The notes under the pieces were generated by a model that saw only the letters and a program-made list of their open reading frames with translations, was not told where the DNA came from and made no database searches. From contig NC_068991.1 in the NCBI RefSeq assembly GCF_001194135.2, positions 54,352,425 through 54,416,424 on the forward strand: DNA of 64,000 nucleotides, in the 5' to 3' direction. Within the stretch, counting starts at the first letter, position 1. Each line of letters opens with the position of its first letter. Positions 52,996-64,000 of this stretch are shown here, piece by piece. The position numbers and the translations under genes are program-made. This stretch comes from Octopus bimaculoides. Taxonomy: Eukaryota.

Positions 52996-53053
52996 TAAGT
53001 GATCTGACCCTTGTACTCAACAGTGTTAAGTACCTGTTTTGTACATTTAACAA

Positions 53054-53281
53054 TTAATCCTTTAGCATTTAAACCAGCTATATCTGGCCAAAATATTCTA
53101 CCTATTTTCAGGTCCAAACTTGCTAGATCCAGCTTCTCACACATATCCTACAGTGTCATTCTAAAAATAACATTCACATCATCAAAATCTTAAAGCTACA
53201 AAATAATGTATCATTAATTCAAAACAATTTGAATAAATAAGCATTACATTTGATAGAGTAGTCTGAATACTAAAGGGTTAA
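53054..53281. mobile_element. TTAA-flanked MITE (piggyBac-like), copy 1
   Basis: TTAATCCTTTAGCATT ... AATACTAAAGGGTTAA. Related copies at 55099-55319 and a partial inverted copy at 35242-35317. Confidence 0.7.
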
Positions 53282-53486
53282 AGTTATATATCTAATAAAA
53301 CCCTTAACACAAGCTCTTAACACATCCAAGTCTCTTGTAAGCTTCATGTAAAATAAAAATGTTATTACATTTAAAAAGATTCTAATGAATTACGAATTTT
53401 ATTGTATCAGCTTTCTCAAATGTTTGATTTTATCAACTGCAGGTGTTTCCATAAAAATTATAATTTCTATATTTCTATAACACTTT

Positions 53487-53851
53487 AGGCACAGGCAAGG
53501 CTGTATAGTAAGAAGCTGAACTGCAGCACCTCATTTGGGGTATTATGAGTTCACAAGGAAGTGGGTGGAAAATGTCAAGGAAGAGGAGCGTTATGAGGTG
53601 CGCAGGGTGGATAGAGTGGTGTCATGATTTTTCTCAGAAATAAAATATTTAAACCAGGTACAATATCTATAGTTTATAGTTTAACACATTAAAAAACAAT
53701 AGATTTCTGTTAGAAAAAGATTACAGGTTTCCCAACCACATGGTTCTAGGTTCAATCTCACTGGCACCTTGGACAAGTGTTTTCTACTATAACTCCAGGC
53801 CAACCAAAGCCTTGTGAGTGGATTTGGTAGGTGGAAACTGAAAGATGACCG

Positions 53852-53900
<49 letters not shown>

Positions 53901-54100
53901 TGTCTGTATTTGTCCCCACTACTAGTTGACAAGTGGTGTTGGTGTGTTTATGTCCAGGTAACTTAGCTGTTCAGCATAAGAGAACAATAGAATAAGCAGC
54001 AAGTTTTAAAAAGATTTTAAAAAGTACTGAGGCTGGTTCATTTGACAAAAAAATTTTTTCATGGCTGTGGTCTAATGACCAAAACAAGTAAAAGATAAAA
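53487..54100 (+). mobile_element. SINE-B with ~210 bp of unrelated sequence inserted in its head
   Basis: Head GGCACAGGCAAGGCTGTATAGTAAGAAGCT stops at ~53518 and resumes as TCCCAACCACATGG at ~53729. Internal (GT)n. Confidence 0.65.
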
Positions 54101-54781
54101 GAACATATTTTTAAAATTAGCATATTTGTATTTGTCTCCAGTATATTTTCCAAAAGATATTTCAACCTAGAATGTTATGTATCTCATATGTAGTAATCTA
54201 TACTCCACATCAAATTGGAAGATACTCGATTTAAGAGAGATTCAACATAGTTTTAGTATTCTCAGGTTACTACAGGTTTCATTTATTTGTTATTGTTTTT
54301 TTGTGTGCGCTTTTGTGTGTTGTTTTTTTTCTTTGTGGGGGTGTAATGAAGAAAGCATATTCTGGTAAGAAGTCTGTCAGAAATAGATGTTGCTATGCTT
54401 GTTCACAGCGGGTGGGCCAGAGACCTATTGAAAGAGAATGTTGACATATTTCTGTGGTTGTCCTGTTCAGTATAAAGTAGATTGACATCAAGAATCTTGC
54501 AATACAAAAAAACCAAGTACATTGGTGCATTTACATAAAATACAGGATTAGATGTTTTACAGCTGGTTGCTTTTTACCAATTCAGCTATTAACTTGTCTT
54601 GAAATGAGCATGTTATTTATTTTTAGTTAGGTTGGTTAATTGAAATAAATCTTTAACAAGAAATTAGATTCTAATATTAACACGAAAGGTTAAAGAATTG
54701 CAAGAATTTAACAAAACTGTTTTTCTTTTTATTTCTTTGATTTTGAAGGGCAAAAACACTTACCAATTACGCACCTAGGGT

Positions 54782-55930
54782 GTAATAACATTATTCAGAA
54801 GGGTGCACTTCTTTTCTTGGGCGGGGGGCACGTGCCCTTCAGTCCTTCTCCCTTGGGTCTACCCCCTGGGGCATCCATTCATAGAAACAATGCCAAAACA
54901 AATAATAGAGCTTGTCTTGTCAGCTCCTGTCAAACCATCCAATCCATGCCAACATGGAAAGTAGGCACTAAATGATGATGATGATGATGATGATGAAGAT
55001 GGGGGTTCTTTTCTGAAGACCTTCCGTTGTTCAGTTCTATTGAGAGTTTCTTACCAATATTTGATACTGTTTTCTAATGAAGTTTATTTCCTTGTCCCCT
55101 AACCCTTTAGCATTTAACTGGCTATATTTGGCCCAAACATTGTGCCTGTTTTATGTTCAAACTGGCCAAAGCTGGCCCCTCACACCTACACAACAATGTC
55201 ATTCTAAAAAAAAAACAGTCACATCACTGAATCTTGGAGTTATAAGATAATAGAACATTAATTCAAAACAGTAAATAAGCATGACATTTGGCAGAGTAAT
55301 CTAACTGCTAAAAGGTTAGTGATGCATCTACCTTCGTTTATCATGGGTGTTTGGTTCCAAAAAACCAAAGAAAAGTACCATGTTAAATGGATCAGTGATA
55401 AATGACTCTGTCTCTCCCTTCTCCTACAACTGGAGCATCCTTGTATCTCTTCAACAGCAAGTCACCTATCACTATCCTGCAAAGCGACTTCCCTCAATAC
55501 TATTCCCCCATCACCACCAAGATGAGGAGACTCTGTTTTGTCATACAAGGTACTTGGTGAACATTATGATGTTGGTACCACACAAAAACATCCAGTACAC
55601 TCTGTAAAGTGTTTGACGTTAGGAAGGGCACAGGCACAATCATAGGAATTTTTCGAAGGAAAAGCACAAGGTTGGAAGGGAATACAGTTCCTGTAGAAAA
55701 GGGCGTAATAACATTATTCAGAAGGGGGGCACATGCCCCTCAGTCCCCCTCCCTTGGGACCACCCCCTGGGGCATCCATTCATAGAAACCATGCCAGAAC
55801 AAGCAATAGAGCTTGTCTTGTCAGCTCTTATCAAACCATCCAATCCATGCCAACATAGAAAGTAGGCACTAAATGATGATGATGATGATGATAGGAAAAT
55901 AGGTTGTCATTCTGAAACCCTCAAGTTGTC
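54782..55930 (+). repeat. Local ~230-bp direct duplication (54782-~55030 and 55705-~55930)
   Basis: Both copies share GTAATAACATTATTCAGAAGG...CCCCCTGGGGCATCCATTCATAGAAAC...(GAT)n, including the same composite junction. Confidence 0.85.
55099..55319. mobile_element. TTAA-type MITE, copy 2
   Basis: Collinear similarity to 53054-53281, with ends CTAACCCTTTAGCATT ... TGCTAAAAGGTTAG. Confidence 0.65.
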
Positions 55931-56247
55931 CTGTATATTGTGGGTGGTTACTGGAGAGCGTTTTTATAGTCCAAGCAGAATCTCTGATTGATCACCAACT
56001 ATATCATCACAGAACAATCCATAATAAACACTACACGGTTCACAGTGTGCTGTACCATGTTATCCTAGATAAGTGGTGAATGAATCAGGAGTAAACAAGG
56101 ACAGGTGTACCAGCTGCTAAATTTGTTTTCTTCTGTTTCACAATCATTTTTTTGTTCCTTTTATCCATTTACCCTTCACCAAAAAAAATCTTCCTCTCTG
56201 AGTATATAAATTTCTAATTTTTATGTTTTTGTTTCTTTTTTCAACAG

Positions 56248-56373
56248 GAAGACATTGTTTGTCTCAGTTGTTTAGCATCCACAGCAAGAGAAAATGATAG
56301 CGGTGAGAGATATTGTCTGGCTGCTGAAGGTTTTGGAAACCGAATTTGTTCCCTCATCAATATTTCCAATAAG
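56248..56373 (+). CDS. RyR: Ryanodine receptor, coding exon 2 ([42 protein letters not shown])
   Basis: Strong polypyrimidine tract and acceptor TTTTTTCAACAG|GAA, 126 nt open frame, donor AAG|GTATGT. Contains the diagnostic RyR N-terminal motif [10 protein letters not shown]. Confidence 0.97.
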
Positions 56374-57279
56374 GTATGTAAACAGTGATGTTTTTAACCT
56401 TATTTTTCAAGGTCTTTAATATTGTTGGGGAAAGACAGAAGGAAGGGAAAAAGGAAGGAATAAAAGGGAGGGAGAAGGAAGGAAGGAGAGAAAGAAGGAA
56501 GAAACCACAACACATGGTTACTGCTGTGGGAAGCAGCTCACCAGGATATCAAGTTATATTCAGACTGAGGATCTGAACTAAATGTCTACAATAACAGAGA
56601 GGACTCGGCTGTTATTGACATTTCATTTTACATCAAACTTTTATCACAGATTATATATATATATATATACATAGTGCAAAGGTTCGAGAAATAAATTCTA
56701 TGTGGTGAATTGGGGTAAAACTATAAAAAGAAGAAAAATCCTCAGAAGTTTTATGTTGGAAAAGAAACAAATTTTTAGGAAATAAAATATTTACATAGTC
56801 AACCAGTTTCACTTGTGTTAATCATGACTAAGTTGTTAATGATACTGTTATAATTTCATGCTATCATAAGTTTTCATTCTATGTTAGTAGTAGGAACATT
56901 ATCACTAACCATTTAGTCATGATTAGCATTAGCATAATGGCTCCACCATATTAAAGTTTTCTCTACTAAAAGGCAACATTTTAGTATTTTATACTTGTAT
57001 TTGATGAAAGTTTTAATTCAAAGCTATAATGATGTTTAGAAAAACTCTATAAGAGATGAAAGCAGTAATTATACTGAGAAGTAACGTTTATCACCAGTTC
57101 AATATGGCTGTTCCATAGGAACTGATGTTACTGCCATTTTTAACTCCAAGAAGATGCCTCCTCTACCTGGTTATTTGATGCAATCTGCACCCAATATATA
57201 TTGTAAGCAGGGGAGCAAACCCTACCATCTTCTAGTGATGGGAATGTAACAATATTTCTTGTTAACGATGGCACAGGGT

Positions 57280-57436
57280 GCAAAGGTGGCTGTGTGGTAA
57301 GAAGTTTGCTTTCCAACCACATGGTTTCAGTTTCAGTCTCAATCCATGGCATCTTGGGCAAGTGTCTTCAACTATTGCCTAAGGCCAACCAAAGCCTTGT
57401 GAGTGGATTTGGTAGACAGAAACTGAAAAAGCCTGT

Positions 57437-57475
<39 letters not shown>

Positions 57476-57485
57476 NNNNNNNNNN

Positions 57486-57519
<34 letters not shown>

Positions 57520-57800
57520 CTGCCTTTGTGTATGTGTCTGCCTTTGTGTATGTGTCTGCCTTTGTGTATGTGTCTGCCTTTGTGTCTGTGTTTGTCACCT
57601 ACCACTGTTTGACAACTGGTGTTAGTTTGTTTACATCCACATAACTTAGCAGCTCAGCAAAATAGACTGATAGAGTAAGTACCAAGCTTAAAAAAATATA
57701 AAGTATTGGGGTTGATTTGTTCAACTAAGATTCTTCAAGTTATAGCCCCAATATGGTCACAGTATGGTCATTTGGCTGAAACAAGTAAAAGTACAAAAAA
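57280..57800 (+). mobile_element. SINE-B, full length, internal (GT)n expanded into 4 x 18-bp GTGTATGTGTCTGCCTTT
   Basis: Head GGTGGCTGTGTGGTAAGAAG, tail GGCTGAAACAAGTAAAAG. Confidence 0.85.
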
Positions 57801-58574
57801 AGGTACATTCAGGTTCATTGCTGTCTTGAATCTTTTCATTAATGCAATCTTTGCTATAACATCCAGCCTTATGGGAAGTCGTAAGTATCTTGTTGATATC
57901 TTGGAGTATCTGTTATGAATGTATGTTATTATGACTGGTCTAAAATAACTAACATTAATTATGGTAAAATAGTTCTTACAATGCCTCTTCTTGTTTGCTG
58001 CTCATGAGATACTTTGTAATTATCTCTTGCTCTTGTGTGACACAAGCATGTTCTTCAAAGTATGAAGTAGCACAGCAATCACTCATCTAAAATAAGCTAC
58101 ACTTCATACCTAAGTTGGTATCATTCATCCAACTTACGATATAAATGTACTGACATAATTTTTTAATGTTACACAACTCTGATGTGTGTGTATGGTTGTG
58201 TGTATGGTTTGTATATGTTAACTTATCAAACTCATTCTCTCCATATACAAAATAGTATCCATGTCCGGAGATATCTAAATGAGTTGTTCAAACACTACAA
58301 CCAGTACTTAAATATTATCAGTAATATATTTATTGAATCCTTGAGCTTCATATTCTGTTAGTAATATCTTCTAAGGATGATATTGTCCATCTTTTCCATA
58401 CTAGGACTTGTCTATATTCTTGCTGTCACCTGGAACTGAGCAATAACCATGTGTGTTAATTAATATTATGGTCAGCAAAGATGTGGGCCTCAAGATTACA
58501 GCTTTAATGATAAAGATATTTAGAATGGTATCATACACTTAAGGTATCTGTACCAAACGGAAAAAAAATCAATA

Positions 58575-58609
<35 letters not shown>

Positions 58610-58659
58610 ATTTATGGATAGCTAGATAGACAATAATAATAATAATAATAATAATAACA

Positions 58660-59016
58660 ATAGCAAGAGCACTCAGAGAGCACAAACCTCTGCCAAGGCA
58701 ACATTAATATCCTCTCAACGATTAGCCAGAGATGATTTTTAAAATGAGAATATCTGAAATAAACTTGACTGTTCTCACAAACGGGAATACTAAAAATGAA
58801 CCCAACCTCTCTCAAAAATTAAGTAAAAAAAAACGGAAAAATAATCCAGAATCCTTGTCTGGCATTGGATCGATCCCAAAATCTAATCAGTCATGAGGCC
58901 AAACATCCCTGAAAGTTTCATCCAAATCCATCCAGCGGTTCTTGAGATATCTTGTCCATGGACAAACAAACACGACTGAAAACAATACCTCTGCCTTCGC
59001 TAAGGCAGAGGTAATA
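58660..59016 (+). mobile_element. Helentron/HINE-like non-autonomous element
   Basis: 5' subterminal ACCTCTGCC (58686-58694). 3' hairpin TACCTCTGCCTT-CGCT-AAGGCAGAGGTA (58986-59013). Internal TTTCATCCAAATCC...GAGATATC block followed by a short (CAAA) repeat. Sits in (TAA)n. Confidence 0.6.
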
Positions 59017-59024
59017 ATAATCCT

Positions 59025-59673
<649 letters not shown>

Positions 59674-59888
59674 CAACAACAACAGTAATAGTGGATGGCA
59701 TGGCTTAAGATGATAGTTCTTACAGGAAACAGTTGTTAATCCTTATCAGTAAAGGCTGATAGACTACTTACAGCTTGAAATTCCAAATATAAGTTCAGTA
59801 TTTGAGAAGTTTGCCAAAGTTTATGAATCATATATTCAGAAAAAAAGAATTTTTCTTCTCTTCTTTTTTATAATCATACCATTCCAAT

Positions 59889-60110
59889 GGCACATGACCT
59901 AATGGCTGCAGTATTATTGAACACATGATTGCAAGATCGTAGCTTCAATTCCTGGACCAGGTGGTTCGTTTTCTTCTTAGACAAAACATTTCATTTCCAT
60001 GTTACTCCAGTCCACTCAGCTGTAAATGAGTAACCTCGCTACGGATTGGTGCCCCATCCAGGGGTAATGTTGTGATCTTGATCACTTATATGCCTCAGAA
60101 TAGTGGGACT
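59889..60110 (+). mobile_element. SINE-D
   Basis: GTTACTCCAGTCCACTCAGCTGTAAATGAGTA block after a tRNA-like head. Confidence 0.65.
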
Positions 60111-60726
60111 CAAAACAGTAATGCTCTGGGTTGCCTTCGATCTTTTGTTTGACCATTTCATTACATTAATCCAACCATGCCAACCATTTTTGATTTCTTT
60201 GGCTGGTTTTCATAATATGCAAAATAGCAAGAGGTTACCAATTACCCCATATGCAATCCTCTACTTTTCAGAGCAGTACACTTGATTCTGAGAAAGTATG
60301 AGAGAATAATCAACCCCAGTATTTGAATGGTACTTATTTATTTATCAATCCTGGCGGGATAAAAAGTAAAAGTTCACCTCAATAGGAATTGAACTCAAGA
60401 TACAAAGAGTCAGAATAATAATCAGAAGGCATTTATCAGATGCCCTATTGATTCTGCCAACTAATTGTCTTAGAAAACACAGAAATTTTATGTAATATAC
60501 ATACACACACCATCATTTTAACATCCACTTTTCCATGTTTGTCTGGGTCAGATGGAATTCACTAACATTGAGTGGAAACCCTTCTTGTTGTCAACCTTCA
60601 CCTGTTTCGAAACAAGATAGTATTTCCCTATAGCTGGACATGTTTTCAACATTGGAAACGAAAGATACTGCTTGCATGACAGTATTACTCGTTAACAACT
60701 ATCACACGAAGCTGAAGCAAATAGGC

Positions 60727-60763
<37 letters not shown>

Positions 60764-61107
60764 CACACACATGCACACACACACATACTTACATACACGC
60801 ATACATATATACATACCCAATACTATTGTACATAGGGTAAATATTTTTGAAAGTTGTGGTTTCTTTGATATGTTTGTTCCCAAACAACACTCATTTTAGT
60901 GCTGTTGACACCACTGGATTGAATGGTACTGCCCAGGTGTCGAAACCATAATGATATCCGTGGGGCAGCTGATGATGGGGATATGTTGGATTGCTGGTAT
61001 GGCTGTTTTTGTATACGTGGAATAGCATTATAATACATCATTTTGATATATGCAAAAAGACAATTTAATATCCTATATATGTGTGTGTATGTATGTATGT
61101 GTGTGTT

Positions 61108-61158
<51 letters not shown>

Positions 61159-61459
61159 GTGCGTGTGTGTGTGTGTGTGTGTAATACTCTTGTCTTGATT
61201 CACTCACATTATTTCTCTCCTTGCCCTTTTACTTTCTAGTCTAAGTTTCTGAAGAAATTAACCCAATTGACACTCACATTAATTCCCAGCTGTTCAAAAC
61301 ACTTAAGTACAGCAGCATTAAGGTCTTCATAATTCTCTGCTGTGACATTAACAAACATTTCCTACATATTTTCGTAAGAAAGTGTTGATTGCTGTTTTGT
61401 TAGAAGTTAGTAAGAGGATCATGAAATACTTCTTTCATTTTCCATACTTTATCAGGAAT

Positions 61460-62725
61460 AAGGCAGTGACATGGCAGAATCATTAGCACACTGGGCAAAA
61501 ATGCTTAGTGGCATTTCATCTGTCTTTACGTTCTGAGTTCAAATTTCACCAAGGTTGACTTTGCCTTTCATCCTTTCAGGGTCAATAAAATAAGTACCAG
61601 TTGGGCACTGGGGTTGATGAACTCAACTTTCCTCTTCCCACCAAACTTGCTGGCACTGTGCCAAAATTCTAAATCAGTATTTTATTGGGAATAAGCAAAC
61701 GTTATTAGTATGAATATTTAAAACCTTGCTCTTCATTAAAATCATTCAAATAAGGCTTCACAAGTTTTAGTAATATTTGAAATGCAGAAAGATGGTGAGC
61801 TGGCACAATCATTAGTACACCAGGCAAAATACTTTGCATCATTTCATCTGTCTTTTACATTCTGAGTTCAAATTCCACTGAGATCAACTTTGCCTTTCTT
61901 CCTTTTTGAATTGATAAATAAGTACCAGTTGAGTACTGGTGTCAATGTAATCAACTTACACCCCCCCCCCGAAACTACAGGCCTTGTGCCAAAATTTGAA
62001 ACCAGTATTTGAAATGCAAGAAGCAAAATTTTGGTATCAATCCATTTAAAACCACACCAAAGTCAACCTCAGCAGGATTTGAACCCAAAATGTGAACCCA
62101 ACAGGTGAAATGCAGCTTAGCATTTTGCTTGACATGCTAATGACTCTGCCATCTTGCAAGAGTCCCATCAAACTATATGTCTTCAACTATAGCCCAGGGT
62201 GGCAGTAGAAGACACTGCCACTGTCCAAGGTATGGCATAGTGGGGCTGAATCCAAAACCTCACAATCGCAAAGTAAACTTCATAGTAACACGACTATAAC
62301 TTTGTTAAAGATGGATTAAATAACCAGTTAGACCTGAAGTAAATCAATTTCTTTGTAAAGTATATGTTATTTTTACGTTTGAATAATAAAAAAAAAAGAT
62401 CTCCTCTTAATAGATACCTAACATCTTATTTTTCATAACATAACTGATTTATTGGTTTTGCATTCTGACACANNNNNNNNNNNNNNNNNNNNNNNNNNNN
62501 NNNNNNNNNNNNNNNNNNNNNNNNNNNNNNNNNNNNNNNNNNNNNNGGGTGGGGTGGGTTAAGTTGATTACATCAACCCAAATGTTCACCTGATACTTAT
62601 TTTATCAGCCCTGAAAGGATGAGAGGCAAAGTCGACCTCAGCAGGATTTGAACTTAAAATGTAAATACCGGTGAAAAGCTGCTGAGCATTTTGCTCAACA
62701 TGCTAATGATTTTGCTAGCTTGCCA
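61460..62725. mobile_element. SINE-A cluster: + 61460-61675, + 61789-62003, - 62055-62160, - 62548-62725
   Basis: Family-A motifs in both orientations. The 61789 copy is flanked by AATATTTGAAATGCA / AGTATTTGAAATGCA. Confidence 0.8.
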
Positions 62726-63425
62726 GAGATAGTTATCTTTAAAAAAAAATTGCAATAACTGAACTTTCCTATTTCTATATAAATACCTTGTTCCAGGTAC
62801 CAACTTAATTTATTTCAGTGTTGATCCTGAGAATTCTTTTAGTGGATTCTTGATTCTTACTAAAGCCTTTGATACAGATACAACTGAAAATAAGGGTTCT
62901 TTTAGAGAAGGCAAAAATGTTCATAAAAATTCTGTCTCCAACTTACTTTCATGAAAAATAGATTTTAACAAAATTACACCTGAGTATGTAATATTCAAAA
63001 TAACTTTATTGTTATGTGTCATCATTTAACCACTTCACTACCACCACCACCACCATCACCACCACTGCTATCACTGCCATCATGACAGTCTTGATTAAAC
63101 AGATCAGTGAACAAAGATACAATAGCCATCACCGTCTAATCTTATAAAATATATAATTATCAGTGACAGAAGGAGTATTAACACCTAAAGGTAATAACTA
63201 TCCCCACTTAACAGTGGATACTGTTTTAGAACACAGAATGTTGTGACACTTACCATGAGAGGACCTTTCATATAGGCTTTTGAGAATCTTATGTTTTCCT
63301 TTTATTTTTTTATTTAGTATATTTAGGATTTACCTTATTTAATGCTTTGCTGAGGTCAACTTTGTCTTTAAATCCTTTCGGAGTCGGTGTAATTGACTAG
63401 TCCCCTCCCACTAAAATTTCAGGCT

Positions 63426-63723
63426 TCGAGCGAGGCCGTTGCCAGTACCGCTGGACTGGCTCCTGTGCAGGTGGCATGTAAAATACACCATTTTGAGTGT
63501 GGCCGTTGCCAGTACCATGTGACTGGCCCTCGTGCCAGTGGCACGTAAAAAGCACCCACTACACTCTCGGAGTGGTTGGCATTAGGAAGGGCATCCAGCT
63601 GTAGAAACTCTGCCAGATCAGATTGCAGCTTGGTGCAGCCTTCTGGCTTGTCAGTCCTCAGTCAATTCGTCCAACCCATGCTAGCATGGAAAGCGGACGT
63701 TAAATGATGATGATGATGATGAT
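63426..63723 (+). mobile_element. Young SINE-C inserted into the tail of a SINE-A (63345-63425 ... 63724-63750)
   Basis: A-tail AAAATTTCAGGCT stops and resumes as TGTGCCTTTTAGTTGAAAGGATTATT after the (GAT)n tail. Confidence 0.8.
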
Positions 63724-64000
63724 GTGCCTTTTAGTTGAAAGGATTATTTAATGCTCCTCACCTTTTTTGTAAGTTGTTAGCATGTGAATGGAAAAAGATT
63801 TGGCTGCTATTTCTAGTTGGGCAAGTTACCCATGCAAAGGCTTCCTTACTTTCATTTTTGCTGTTTATTTATTAATTATTTTTATTCTTTCTTTCTAAAT
63901 ATTATATGTAAAGTTGTAAGTACAAGTTGCTAACAGCAATAGCAAAACTACATCAATAGTATTTTCACTGAACTGAAAGTTATGCGATAATCAGAAAACT

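Larger units (their letters stand above)
4935..56247 (+). other. RyR: RyR intron 1 (GT...AG, nominal 51,313 nt including N gaps)
   Basis: GT at 4935 and AG at 56246-56247 join ...FLRT to EDIV... in frame. True length is uncertain because of gaps. Confidence 0.9.

Noticed and set aside
62818-62955. Open frame after TTTATTTCAG as RyR exon 3
   Set aside because: Translation (VDPENSFSGFLILTK...) lacks the expected PPDL..C.FV.EQ.LSVRAL motif.

Overview
Eukaryotic, very AT-rich genomic DNA with many N gaps that almost always sit inside (TA)n/(CA)n/(GA)n microsatellites. The repeat landscape looks like an Octopus-type cephalopod draft assembly (inference from recognised repeat style, not verified). 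The only securely identified gene is the 5' end of a ryanodine receptor on the + strand. Coding exon 1 (4875-4934, MADSAEPGGGEQDDISFLRT) is joined in phase 0 across a ~51 kb intron to exon 2 (56248-56373, EDIVCLSC...[12 protein letters not shown]...). None of the supplied ORFs captures these exons, and most ORF-track entries are microsatellite/N artefacts. The rest is intron and intergenic DNA packed with repeats. These include four dispersed SINE-like families (labelled here A, B, C, D), fragments of an RLE-type LINE that sits in (TAA)n tracts (R4/Dong-like), an internally deleted mariner, a decayed Tigger/pogo transposase, hAT- and TTAA-type MITEs, a Helentron/HINE-like element, and an 88-bp higher-order tandem repeat. 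The most notable signals are a sharp positional switch from CpG-retaining to CpG-decayed repeat copies at ~26 kb, a candidate alternative RyR first exon (MLLRK), a candidate in-frame 27-nt microexon, and target-site microhomology of SINE-A insertions.
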